64,000 bases of DNA from Flavobacteriales bacterium. Lineage in GTDB: Bacteria; Bacteroidota; Bacteroidia; NS11-12g; UBA9320. Below the pieces are notes generated by a model, which saw only the letters and a program-made list of their open reading frames with translations, was not told where the DNA came from and did not search any database. This document shows, piece after piece, positions 17,092 through 26,331 of the stretch (its first letter is position 1; each line of letters starts with the position of its first letter). The position numbers and the translations under genes are program-made. The stretch covers positions 369,633 through 433,632 of the forward strand of contig JACJZW010000001.1 of assembly GCA_020635355.1 (NCBI GenBank). Direction: 5' to 3'.

Positions 17092-18075
17092 CTATTTCAA
17101 GGATTTTCGGCGCCAGCCAATCAGCCCTATGCACACGAAATCCGAGTCTACCGATGATGCTCCGGTGAGATCTTCTATTCGGAAACATTCAAAGGTTTGT
17201 GTATTCACCATCGAATCAGCCAGAATAGTCACAACCGTTCCAGCTTTAAGGGCTTCTTTATACTGGTTTGACGTAAAACCATAAATGATGTCAGGATTGC
17301 TCAACCAATCACCTGAATGTGGCTCTTGAAAGATATCCATGTCGTATTGAATGGTATCGGTCCATATCGGACAAAAGGTTGAAGGAATCGTTGTTCCCTG
17401 CCAATAACGAAGCGTCTCAATCATCGAAACGTGAGTGGTTGAATCAAAATATCTGGAGTATCCGGACCGATAGGCCAAGGTTTGAGGCTTATTGTCCGGG
17501 AAGCTTTTCCGAAAGGAATAGTTTTTCATCGTGTAGATCGAATTCATGCAACACGGGTGGCTTTCTATCTGAAGATCGATGGCTGAATCCTCATGTATCC
17601 GATGGATACCGGTAACCCTCCCCAAATCCTTGATCATCAAATGGAGGGCGGTATCCGCATGATTCAAATAGAGAGCGGTGCGAATGGATTCAATCCCTTC
17701 CGGGATGGAATCTTGATAAATGATATCCAGAAAACCATCTGCATTGATATCCAGGACATGGAAACTATTGAATCGATGCCCGGGATTCTCCGTAGGTATA
17801 AACAAATCCATATAGGTGTGCCTCCGTATCCTTTGAATCAGCTTAATCTTCACCGATCTATCCAGGGATGTTTCCCAATCCGTCCAGGAAAAGGTCGAAT
17901 TACCATGAGGATGCAGATAACTTCGAAATTCATTTTTTAGCACACAGGATTCGTTGGTTTGGGTCGTACGGATCGAAGGGATGGTATTGGGAAGCGTGTT
18001 GTCCTCCCTTCTATTTTCAAGAAAGGAACACGTCAACAAGAGGAATCCCAATAGGGCGTAGATATACAATTTCAT
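17092..18075 (-). CDS. Hypothetical secreted/lipoprotein with an FG-GAP-like repeat
   Basis: There is a signal peptide (MKLYIYALLGFLLLTCSF). One VLDINADGFLDIIYQD motif is present. No other recognisable domain. Confidence 0.35.
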   Translation of the reverse strand: MKLYIYALLGFLLLTCSFLENRREDNTLPNTIPSIRTTQTNESCVLKNEFRSYLHPHGNSTFSWTDWETSLDRSVKIKLIQRIRRHTYMDLFIPTENPGHRFNSFHVLDINADGFLDIIYQDSIPEGIESIRTALYLNHADTALHLMIKDLGRVTGIHRIHEDSAIDLQIESHPCCMNSIYTMKNYSFRKSFPDNKPQTLAYRSGYSRYFDSTTHVSMIETLRYWQGTTIPSTFCPIWTDTIQYDMDIFQEPHSGDWLSNPDIIYGFTSNQYKEALKAGTVVTILADSMVNTQTFECFRIEDLTGASSVDSDFVCIGLIGWRRKSLK

Positions 18076-18213
18076 AACGGGTAAAACGACGAATAAGAAC
18101 GTAGTTCCCCATCCCCTATGTTGCGTTTCCCGACGATTTTGTGCATAATTTTATCCCCCACCGGATCGAACATGAAAAATAATTCCATTACTTTGCAATA
18201 CAAAGTTATTTGA

Positions 18214-18825
18214 ATGTCCGATAATTCACATCTTCAACAGTTGGCCGAAATCCGCAGTATGATGGAAAAGTCAAGTCGGTTCATTTCCCTCAGTGGAATG
18301 AGCGGCGTGATGGCCGGAATCTATGCCATTGGAGGCGCCGCCTATGTTCATTTCAATATGGATCACCGCGATCGGTATAGTCGGGTAGAACTTTCCAATC
18401 CGGAATTGTTGCACTATATCCTGGTGGCACTTGCCGTTGTTGGACTGTCATTGATTACCGGATTCTTCCTCACCCAGCGCCGAGCTAAATCGCAAGGACA
18501 AAAGCTCATTGATCGGGTGGCCTTTCGTATGTTGGTAAACCTGTCCATCCCCATGATGACGGGCGCCCTGTTTGCTATTGTTCTTCTGGTGCGAGGGAAT
18601 TATGAACTGATCGCTCCGGTATTATTAATGTTCTACGGGCTGGGATTAATTAACGGAAGTAAATACACGTTGGACGACATACGCATGCTGGGGATTCTGG
18701 AGGTTATGCTGGGAATAAGCTGCGCCATTTTGCCCGAAATGGGCTTGATGTTTTGGACATTGGGCTTCGGCTTTCTGCATATTCTGTACGGACTTCGTAT
18801 GTGGTTTAAATACGAACGGTCGTAA
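18214..18825 (+). CDS. Hypothetical multi-pass membrane protein (first gene of a 5-gene membrane operon)
   Basis: A cytoplasmic N-terminus of ~25 aa is followed by 4-5 predicted TM helices. A 23-bp gap separates it from the next gene. Confidence 0.4.
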   Translation: MSDNSHLQQLAEIRSMMEKSSRFISLSGMSGVMAGIYAIGGAAYVHFNMDHRDRYSRVELSNPELLHYILVALAVVGLSLITGFFLTQRRAKSQGQKLIDRVAFRMLVNLSIPMMTGALFAIVLLVRGNYELIAPVLLMFYGLGLINGSKYTLDDIRMLGILEVMLGISCAILPEMGLMFWTLGFGFLHILYGLRMWFKYERS

Positions 18826-18848
18826 TTCGAACGGTTCATCATTAGTCT

Positions 18849-19139
18849 ATGATCGAAGGAATCAATAAAGCATTTGAAAGCAGGGTCCGATTGGGCATCA
18901 TGAGTGCGCTCATGGTGAACGATTGGCTGGATTTCAATGCCATGAAATCCCTTCTGGACGTAACAGACGGCAATTTATCCAGTCATATTTCAGCTTTGGA
19001 AAAACTCAAATTCATTGACGTGCGGAAGGAATTTGTTGGAAAGCGTCCAAAGACTTCCTATCGTGTTACGCCGCTGGGCAAAAGGTCGTTTTCGGACCAC
19101 CTGAATGCCCTTGAAAAATTACTCAACGGACTCACCTAA
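18849..19139 (+). CDS. Winged-helix transcriptional regulator (HTH_34/PadR-like small wHTH)
   Basis: The 96-aa sequence RLGIMSALMVNDWLDFNAMKSLLDVTDGNLSSHISALEKLKFIDVRKEFVGKRPKTSYRVTPLGKRSF fits a wHTH pattern (helix-turn-helix plus beta-wing). Confidence 0.6.
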   Translation: MIEGINKAFESRVRLGIMSALMVNDWLDFNAMKSLLDVTDGNLSSHISALEKLKFIDVRKEFVGKRPKTSYRVTPLGKRSFSDHLNALEKLLNGLT

Positions 19140-19151
19140 AAAATTTTATAA

Positions 19152-19673
19152 ATGAACTCTGTATTTCAAAGTACTTTACATCGCAAGATTAAATGGATGG
19201 TTATCACCTTTCAATTGGGATTATTTGTTCCGGGTGTTACGGCCTTTTTTATTCCCGGAGGGGTAGAATGGACCACCCTTGCAGCTCAATACCTTGATTT
19301 CCCGTTGCACAGATGGCTAACACAGGTGCATATTGGCGTTCAAGCCATGGATACGGCCTACCCGTTCATCTTTTATGGAACGGATTGGCTGGCCTTTGCC
19401 CACATCCTGTTCACCATTTTGTTCATCGGGGTATTCAGAGATCCGGTACGCAACAAATGGATTGTGGATTTTGGACTCATCGCCTGTGTTTTGATCTTCC
19501 CAACAGCCCTATTAGCGGGTTGGGTACGGGAAATTCCCCTCGCTTGGCGATGGATGGATTGCGCATTTGGTGTCATTGGAATCTTTGTCTTGTTACCCAT
19601 CAAATCATGGATCAAGCAACTTGAAACGTTTGAAACCACTTATTCAACCACTGTTCTCACCGCTCATGCTTAA
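19152..19673 (+). CDS. Hypothetical membrane protein
   Basis: It is 173 aa with 4 predicted TM segments. The operon gap is 12 bp. Confidence 0.4.
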   Translation: MNSVFQSTLHRKIKWMVITFQLGLFVPGVTAFFIPGGVEWTTLAAQYLDFPLHRWLTQVHIGVQAMDTAYPFIFYGTDWLAFAHILFTILFIGVFRDPVRNKWIVDFGLIACVLIFPTALLAGWVREIPLAWRWMDCAFGVIGIFVLLPIKSWIKQLETFETTYSTTVLTAHA

Positions 19674-19677
19674 AATT

Positions 19678-21120
19678 ATGGATACATCAAAAATATTATC
19701 CCGCGCATCGGCCATACTGATTGCCGCCGTTTCATTCGTCCTGCTTTTCTATCAGTCGCGCAACAACCAAGGATTAAATTGGTTGCTGTACCTGATTGTA
19801 CTCACGACGCTGGCATCTATTTTTCTTCGCAGATCCCAAACTAACCATCTGTACCTCACCTTAGCCGTTCCTCTGATTGCCGGAATTGGGATGATGTGGC
19901 ACGGAACAGCCCTGGCCATAGCAGCATGTATCGCGGCCTTTTTGTTTCTCGCTGCGCGGATGACTGACGCAAAACTTCAGGCTCCTGAAGGAATTGTGGT
20001 GGCCGGCATCAACCTGTTTTTGTCGCCTTTGGTAGCCTTTATTCGATTTATTCAACGCACCTCCGGAAAACAAAAATCATCCGACAAAAAGATCCTGAAA
20101 TGGCTCATTCCCCTCCTATTGATCACGGCTTTCGGTATCCTCTATTATCACAGTTCACCGGTATTTCGAAATTTGATAAACCGATTGGATTGGCCGGATC
20201 TGAGTGAAGTCATCTTCATGACGATTTGGGGAGCCCTGATGGCGGTAACGGTGTTTAAATCCTTTTTTCCAGAATCACTCTCTGTTGCGCTACGTCGTGA
20301 ACCAAAAGAGCAGAGTTGGTCGATTTTTAAATCCGATTATCTCCAAACCTGGCGTATTACAACCATCTTACTCTCAGTCCTTCTTCTGATTGTTGTATTC
20401 AGTGATGCGTGGTACCGGTTTATCATACATGAACTGCCACCTGAACTCACACTATCCGAATACCTGCATCAAGGTTTTTTCTCGCTCATTGTCACCATTG
20501 TTCTCACCGCCTTTTTAGGAACCCGACTCCTCTCTCAACCCGATTATAAATCAGACCGCTTCCTGAGGTACACCTGGCTGTCCTTCATAGGATTAAACAG
20601 CATTTTCATCCTTCAAACCACGGCTCGCAACCTGGCATATATCCAGGAATTTGGTCTGACCGAAAAACGCATAGCCGTTTATTTCTACCTTTTTGCCTGT
20701 TTCGTGAGTCTGTTTTTAGCAGCCCGAACCATCCTTCGATCCGATTCGATCCGCACGCTTTACGGTCAATTGAGTTGGATGACTATCATTCTTTTTGTTT
20801 CGGCTTCTCTCGTAAATTGGTCCAAGGTGATTATGACCTATAATCTCCAAAACATACCATCCTCCACTGCCGTAATAGACTACGATTATCTGCTTCGATT
20901 AAACCGATCCTCACTAACGCAACTGATCCCTCATGCCGATGAACTTACCCCAAAACAGCAACGGAAACTCAGGCGTCGATTAAATCGAAATCTCAGCAGA
21001 GAAACCTGGCAAATTGAAGATCCCAGAGGCTTTGTGATTGACCACTACATCCTTTTGAAGGAGCTGCGCGATCAAACCGCATTTTTAACGAATGACTCAT
21101 CCAACACCACGGGCAAATAA
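19678..21120 (+). CDS. Large polytopic membrane protein of unknown function (DUF4153/DUF4173-like)
   Basis: It is ~480 aa with at least 10 predicted TM helices and a basic C-terminal tail (KQQRKLRRRLNRNLSRE). The ORF track start at 19567 overlaps the previous gene. The ATG at 19678 lies 4 nt after the previous gene's stop. Confidence 0.4.
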   Translation: MDTSKILSRASAILIAAVSFVLLFYQSRNNQGLNWLLYLIVLTTLASIFLRRSQTNHLYLTLAVPLIAGIGMMWHGTALAIAACIAAFLFLAARMTDAKLQAPEGIVVAGINLFLSPLVAFIRFIQRTSGKQKSSDKKILKWLIPLLLITAFGILYYHSSPVFRNLINRLDWPDLSEVIFMTIWGALMAVTVFKSFFPESLSVALRREPKEQSWSIFKSDYLQTWRITTILLSVLLLIVVFSDAWYRFIIHELPPELTLSEYLHQGFFSLIVTIVLTAFLGTRLLSQPDYKSDRFLRYTWLSFIGLNSIFILQTTARNLAYIQEFGLTEKRIAVYFYLFACFVSLFLAARTILRSDSIRTLYGQLSWMTIILFVSASLVNWSKVIMTYNLQNIPSSTAVIDYDYLLRLNRSSLTQLIPHADELTPKQQRKLRRRLNRNLSRETWQIEDPRGFVIDHYILLKELRDQTAFLTNDSSNTTGK

Positions 21121-21133
21121 CCAAACAACTCTC

Positions 21134-21859
21134 ATGAAATCCATTCCATTTCCATATCGTACCTTTTGGGTAGTGACCCTCTTTGCCGTTGCGATGGCCA
21201 TGCTCGAAAGCGCAGTAGTAATCTATCTCCGCGCCATGCTCTACCCCGATGGCTTTGTATTTCCCTTGGAAACCCTGGATCTGGGTTTGGCTGTGGTTGA
21301 GGTGAGTCGGGAAGCCGCCACCATCCTCATGCTCATTGGTATCGGGTGGTTGGCCGGAAACAACGGAAACACGCGCTTTGCCTACTTTCTTCATGCCTTT
21401 GCGGTATGGGACATTTTCTACTACGTTTTTTTGTATGTCTTCCTCGGTTGGCCTCAATCACCCGCAACCTGGGACGTTTTGTTTCTCATCCCGGTCATGT
21501 GGGTGGGGCCGGTCTGGTCACCGGTACTCCTATCCTTTATGATGATTGCCTTCGCTGTACTATTGATTCGAATCAATGCATCCGGTTATATCTCGGTGGG
21601 TCGAAATTGGTATTTACTTATAACCGGAGCCCTAACCTGCATTGCAGCCTTCTGTTGGGATCCTGTTCAGTTTATGATGAATCAATCGTCCGGGAAATGG
21701 TATCAGGCCGACCACCTGTTCAAAGCTCATTATGTACCCCAGGATTTTCCCGAATGGCTTTTTGTATTGGGCATTGCGCTGCTGATAGCCGGCGTATTCC
21801 GATATCATCAGCAGAATCGGTTCAGCAAAAACCGAATGATGTTGGGACAGTTTATTTAA
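21134..21859 (+). CDS. Hypothetical membrane protein
   Basis: It is 242 aa with 6-7 predicted TM segments. The start was moved to the ATG at 21134, which precedes the first TM (MKSIPFPYRTFWVVTLFAVAMAML). Confidence 0.4.
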   Translation: MKSIPFPYRTFWVVTLFAVAMAMLESAVVIYLRAMLYPDGFVFPLETLDLGLAVVEVSREAATILMLIGIGWLAGNNGNTRFAYFLHAFAVWDIFYYVFLYVFLGWPQSPATWDVLFLIPVMWVGPVWSPVLLSFMMIAFAVLLIRINASGYISVGRNWYLLITGALTCIAAFCWDPVQFMMNQSSGKWYQADHLFKAHYVPQDFPEWLFVLGIALLIAGVFRYHQQNRFSKNRMMLGQFI

Positions 21860-22325
21860 CCACCTTGTTGGCACAATAAGTTGATGCGAAGGCATCGGGT
21901 TTCGCCTTGAAGGTATAGCCCATCCCCAGGATGTATCCCATGGCTTCTTTGAAGGCAATGTTCGACTGGAATTGTGGATCCGTATTGATATCGGCATGAA
22001 CCTCCATCTCCACGTGGTATTTATCAAACGTTGGGCACAGCAAATAAGCGGTTTCAATGGAATCCGAAACTTCATGAAGCATGCGCTCCTTCAGGGAAAA
22101 TACGCGCTTGCTGCGGTATTTGTTGAGAAAGATAAAACCGCCTCGTCCTTCACGTAGAAACACAATGGCCGTAGCAAATTCCGTGATGTCTCCTTTCACC
22201 TGAGAATCGGTTCCAATGCATACTTTAATGCGGTGTTGCGTGGTTTCGGTCTTCAAAACCTCATCAACTTCTGTGGCCAGATCACGTTGGAGTCGGTCAC
22301 CTGATAATTTTCTCCAAACTTTCAT
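21852..22325 (-). CDS. RNase H-like YkuK/DUF458 family protein
   Basis: The pattern IKVCIGTDSQ...FATAIVFLREGRGGFIFLNKYR matches the YkuK-family core (xGxDSQ plus downstream GG). It is 157 aa. Confidence 0.5.
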   Translation of the reverse strand: MKVWRKLSGDRLQRDLATEVDEVLKTETTQHRIKVCIGTDSQVKGDITEFATAIVFLREGRGGFIFLNKYRSKRVFSLKERMLHEVSDSIETAYLLCPTFDKYHVEMEVHADINTDPQFQSNIAFKEAMGYILGMGYTFKAKPDAFASTYCANKVVK

Positions 22326-22479
22326 ACAAGCATATTCGATATAGTTACGGACAAATTGAGGGTTTAGTTCTGAACAGAATGTTAAAAGGATGTGATAACA
22401 ACGTAACCATCAACATTTTACAAACACAAGACCGGAGCATCGGTTGCACGGCTTAGATCATTGAACGTCCTTTGCACCT

Positions 22480-23475
22480 GTGAATACCTCATCCACCGAT
22501 ACACGTTTCCAGGCTATGGTTCATTTGAGAGCCCTCATGGAACAGCTTGAATCTGACACCGAATTCCTGAATTTGGTTGCTCTGGAAAACCCATGGTTCA
22601 CTCCGGAAAATGTGCGATTCTGCCTGAGGAATTGGATCCAGTCGTTGGCCGATGATCAGCTATCTAACTGGATACCGGAGCCTGCCAGTGCTGTAAAACG
22701 AGTTGGGGTGGTGTGTGCCGGGAATATTCCCTTGGTTGGATTGCACGATGTTCTTTCCATTGTTGCCACGGGTCATCAGGCCGTGGTAAAACTTTCTCAT
22801 TCCGATAAACGCACCATGCGGCGCGCCATACAAGCGTTAAATGAATCCTTGGATAAACCGCAGCAAATTGAGGAAACCGAAAAGTTGGAACACGTGGACG
22901 CCGTTATCGCCACCGGAAGCAACAACTCTTCCCGATACTTTGAATACTACTTTAAGAATATACCCCATGTCATCCGGAAGAATAGAACAGGTGTTGCCGT
23001 ACTCACCGGAGAAGAATCGCCTGAACAATTGCATTTCCTGGCGAAAGACATCTTTACATACTTTGGATTAGGCTGTCGGAATGTCACGAAACTATTCCTC
23101 CCCCAAGGATATGATTTCGAACCCATTGTTACGGCATTTGAGCCCTATTACGAAGTTATCCATCATCATAAGTACGCTAACAACTACACCTATCACAAGG
23201 CCATTTTCCTCATGAATCTGGATAAACATCTCGATTCCGGATTTCTCCTGTTTAAGGAAGACCAGGGCATTCACGCTCCGCTTAGTTGTGTCTTTTTTGA
23301 ATACTATGACACCTTGGATCTAGTTCAGAAGAAGATCAATGATCTGGAGGATGAAATTCAGGTGGTTGTGGGCCATGTTCCATGGGCTTCACTGCCGTTC
23401 GGGGTGGCTCAGGAAACGCGACTAATGGACTATGCCGACAATCTGAACACAATTGAATTTCTGCAATCGATTTGA
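22480..23475 (+). CDS. Acyl-CoA reductase (LuxC-like) family protein
   Basis: The length (331 aa) and N-terminal pattern (RFQAMVHLRALMEQL...NPWFTPENV...W) resemble Bacteroidota LuxC-family acyl-CoA reductases. Call from memory only. The start is GTG. Confidence 0.45.
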   Translation: MNTSSTDTRFQAMVHLRALMEQLESDTEFLNLVALENPWFTPENVRFCLRNWIQSLADDQLSNWIPEPASAVKRVGVVCAGNIPLVGLHDVLSIVATGHQAVVKLSHSDKRTMRRAIQALNESLDKPQQIEETEKLEHVDAVIATGSNNSSRYFEYYFKNIPHVIRKNRTGVAVLTGEESPEQLHFLAKDIFTYFGLGCRNVTKLFLPQGYDFEPIVTAFEPYYEVIHHHKYANNYTYHKAIFLMNLDKHLDSGFLLFKEDQGIHAPLSCVFFEYYDTLDLVQKKINDLEDEIQVVVGHVPWASLPFGVAQETRLMDYADNLNTIEFLQSI

Positions 23476-23551
23476 TCCAACGGAAATTATTTGAACTATT
23501 CTTAGTCTGTTTTCTCTGAAACCATACATTTGAAAGCTGAAAAGTAGAAGG

Positions 23552-24508
23552 ATGGAATCGTTAGTTTCAACGAATTATTACTTTCGGGGGCAACGCGATT
23601 TTTACCGGGGAAAGGTGCGGGATGTTTACAACATTGACGACAACCTTCTGGTGATGATTGCCACTGATCGGATCTCTGCATTTGATCATGTTCTACCACA
23701 CCCGATACCGTATAAAGGACAAGTTCTCAATCAAATTGCATCCACCTTTCTGGATGATACATCTGATCTGGTACCCAATTGGAAAATTGCCGAACCCGAT
23801 CCTCACGTCACTGTAGGATATCGGTGCGATCCAATCCCGGTAGAAATGGTGGTGAGAGGTTATCTCGCCGGCCATGCCTGGCGCATTTATCGCGATGGTG
23901 GTCGGGAAATTTGCGGCGAGAAATTACCGGATGGGCTGAGAGAAAATGATCGTTTGCCAACACCTATCATCACCCCAACCACCAAAGCCAAATCGGGTCA
24001 CGATACGGACATCTCCTTTGAGGAATTGTACGAACAAAAAGTGCTTAAAAAACGGCAGATCGACCAATTGGTTCAATACGCACTTACCTTGTTCGAAGCT
24101 GGATCCCAAAAAGCTGCGGATCGCAATTTGATCCTCGTAGATACCAAGTATGAGTTTGGTATTCGGGATGAAAAAATCCTCTTGATTGATGAGATACACA
24201 CCCCGGACAGCAGCCGCTATTTCTATCGAAATTCGTATGAGGAAATTCAGGCCAAGGATCAGCAACAACGCCAGCTATCCAAGGAGTTTGTACGAAAATG
24301 GCTCATTGAAAATGGCTTCCAGGGACTTGAAGGTCAGCTTATTCCCGAGATGACTCCCGAGTTCATCGAAAGTGTATCCAACCGCTACATCGAATTGTAC
24401 GAACAGATTACCGGCAAGACCTTTGTTAAACGGGACTATCACAACATTGGTCAAACCATTGAGGAAAAAGTGAATGCATTTATTTCTCAGAACTTACAGG
24501 GAAGTTGA
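23552..24508 (+). CDS. purC: Phosphoribosylaminoimidazole-succinocarboxamide synthase (SAICAR synthetase, long form)
   Basis: It begins with the block YRGKVRDVYNIDDNLLVMIATDRISAFD. It is 318 aa. Confidence 0.9.
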   Translation: MESLVSTNYYFRGQRDFYRGKVRDVYNIDDNLLVMIATDRISAFDHVLPHPIPYKGQVLNQIASTFLDDTSDLVPNWKIAEPDPHVTVGYRCDPIPVEMVVRGYLAGHAWRIYRDGGREICGEKLPDGLRENDRLPTPIITPTTKAKSGHDTDISFEELYEQKVLKKRQIDQLVQYALTLFEAGSQKAADRNLILVDTKYEFGIRDEKILLIDEIHTPDSSRYFYRNSYEEIQAKDQQQRQLSKEFVRKWLIENGFQGLEGQLIPEMTPEFIESVSNRYIELYEQITGKTFVKRDYHNIGQTIEEKVNAFISQNLQGS

Positions 24509-24563
24509 TCGCATTTGCTAATTTCGGCAGATCAAGAAATCTAAACCTTTACGACAAGAAATT

Positions 24564-26228
24564 ATGAAGAAATACCTTCTCACCGGAGCGGGTCTTTTCG
24601 CCGCTGTATTGGCTACCGCACAAACTGTAACCACCTTTGCCGGTAAGGAGAATATCTCCGATCCATGGGCAAATTTCAATAACACCACCACCACCACCTC
24701 GGACGCTTACTTCTATGAGCCGGAAGGGTTGTGTTGGGACGGTAACGGAAAAATGTATGTGACTGAACGAAACAAGATTCGTTTGATCGACGGCACAACG
24801 GTTTACAATCGTTCCGGTGCCCTGGGCGATGCCCAAACTTCCCTTGGTTTTGCCGATGGTACTGGCGTAGCCGCTAAATATTACCACCCCATATCCGCTG
24901 TATGCGATGGATCGAATAACGTGTTTATCGTTGATTCTGAAAATCACGCTATTCGCAAACTAGCTCCCTTTGTAAACGCCGGTAACGGTCAGATCATGAC
25001 CACATTTGCAGGTGGTAAGCCCGATGGAACGCAAAGTGCTCAAGGCACTCCCGGCCATCAGGACGCCTCCGGAACCAATGCCCGATTTGATACTCCAAAA
25101 GGCATCACCATTGATGGCAACGGAAATATGTACGTGTGTGATTACAATAACTTCGTGATCCGCAAAATCACACCCGCCGGTGTGGTAACAACTCTTGCCG
25201 GTAAAGCCGGTGTTGATGGGTCAGACGATGGAACCGGAGGGGCCAGTGCTCGTTTCGGCGGTCCACATGGAATTGCCATGTTGGACAATAACAACGTTGT
25301 GGTGACCGATTTCTGGAACCTTACCATTCGCAAAGTCAACATCACCTCCGGATCCACTACAACCATTTGTGGCAAAACCGGCGTCTTAGGTCAAAAAGAC
25401 GGAACACTTGCCGAAGCAACCTTCAAAAGTCCAAAGGGAATCGCTGTGGTAAACGGCCTAATATACGTGGCCGATGACAGTAAGATTCGGGTAATTGACC
25501 TCACCAATAGTACCGTAAGCACGTTTGCCGGTGGCAGCGCCGGAAATCAGGACGGTGTGGGCACCAACGCCAAATTCGGACGGTTAGGTGGATTGGTGTA
25601 CGATGGCAATAACGCCATGTTCGCCACGGATTTATACTTCAATGTTATTCGAAAAATCACCATCGATAACCTCGCTCCTACAGCTGCGTTTACGGCAACC
25701 AAAACCAACTTATTGGTGAATGAGGAAACTACTTTGTCTGATATCAGTGGCGGTAAAGCCGCTACCAGCCGGAAATGGGTGGTTAAGGAACAGCAAACCG
25801 GATCCACAGCCAACGTATCGGTAGTCAGCGGTGACTTGAACAGCAGCGAGAACGTAACTGTAAAATTCCTTGCAACAGGTTTCTATACGGTTTCATTGAA
25901 TGTTACCAATGAGTTTGGAAGTGATCAATCAGAGAAAGCTCCGTACTTCAGTGTGTCTACCAGTAGCGTTGAACAACTCAATCACTTGAATGAGCTCAAC
26001 ATCTTCCCAAATCCATTAAATGGAACTGAATTAAACGTACGTCTCACACGCGGTTTTACGGACGCCACACTGGAATTGTATGAAGCCGGTGGACGCCTGG
26101 TTCAAACCGATGAGCATGTAAACGGAATTCAGCACCGGATGTCTATCCCTCAATTGGATGCGGGCACCTACTTCCTCGTTGTCCGTAGCAAGGAAGTGAC
26201 CGGAGCGCGAATGATCGCCGTTCAGTAA
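24564..26228 (+). CDS. NHL-repeat protein with a T9SS C-terminal sorting domain (secreted cargo)
   Basis: There is a signal peptide. Multiple NHL-type repeats are present (GIAMLDNNNVVVTDFWNLTIRKV; GITIDGNGNMYVCDYNNFVIRKI). The C-terminal ~80 aa resemble a Por_Secre_tail domain (LNIFPNPLNG...GTYFLVVRSKEVTGARMIAVQ). Confidence 0.8.
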   Translation: MKKYLLTGAGLFAAVLATAQTVTTFAGKENISDPWANFNNTTTTTSDAYFYEPEGLCWDGNGKMYVTERNKIRLIDGTTVYNRSGALGDAQTSLGFADGTGVAAKYYHPISAVCDGSNNVFIVDSENHAIRKLAPFVNAGNGQIMTTFAGGKPDGTQSAQGTPGHQDASGTNARFDTPKGITIDGNGNMYVCDYNNFVIRKITPAGVVTTLAGKAGVDGSDDGTGGASARFGGPHGIAMLDNNNVVVTDFWNLTIRKVNITSGSTTTICGKTGVLGQKDGTLAEATFKSPKGIAVVNGLIYVADDSKIRVIDLTNSTVSTFAGGSAGNQDGVGTNAKFGRLGGLVYDGNNAMFATDLYFNVIRKITIDNLAPTAAFTATKTNLLVNEETTLSDISGGKAATSRKWVVKEQQTGSTANVSVVSGDLNSSENVTVKFLATGFYTVSLNVTNEFGSDQSEKAPYFSVSTSSVEQLNHLNELNIFPNPLNGTELNVRLTRGFTDATLELYEAGGRLVQTDEHVNGIQHRMSIPQLDAGTYFLVVRSKEVTGARMIAVQ

Positions 26229-26331
26229 TCGTATACAAGCGATTATCTTTTAACCTACCTTTGCACCGCCTAATGGGCGAAAAGGCTAGGCGTCTGTTCG
26301 TTCATTCCAATTAGGAAGGCAACGAACATAT

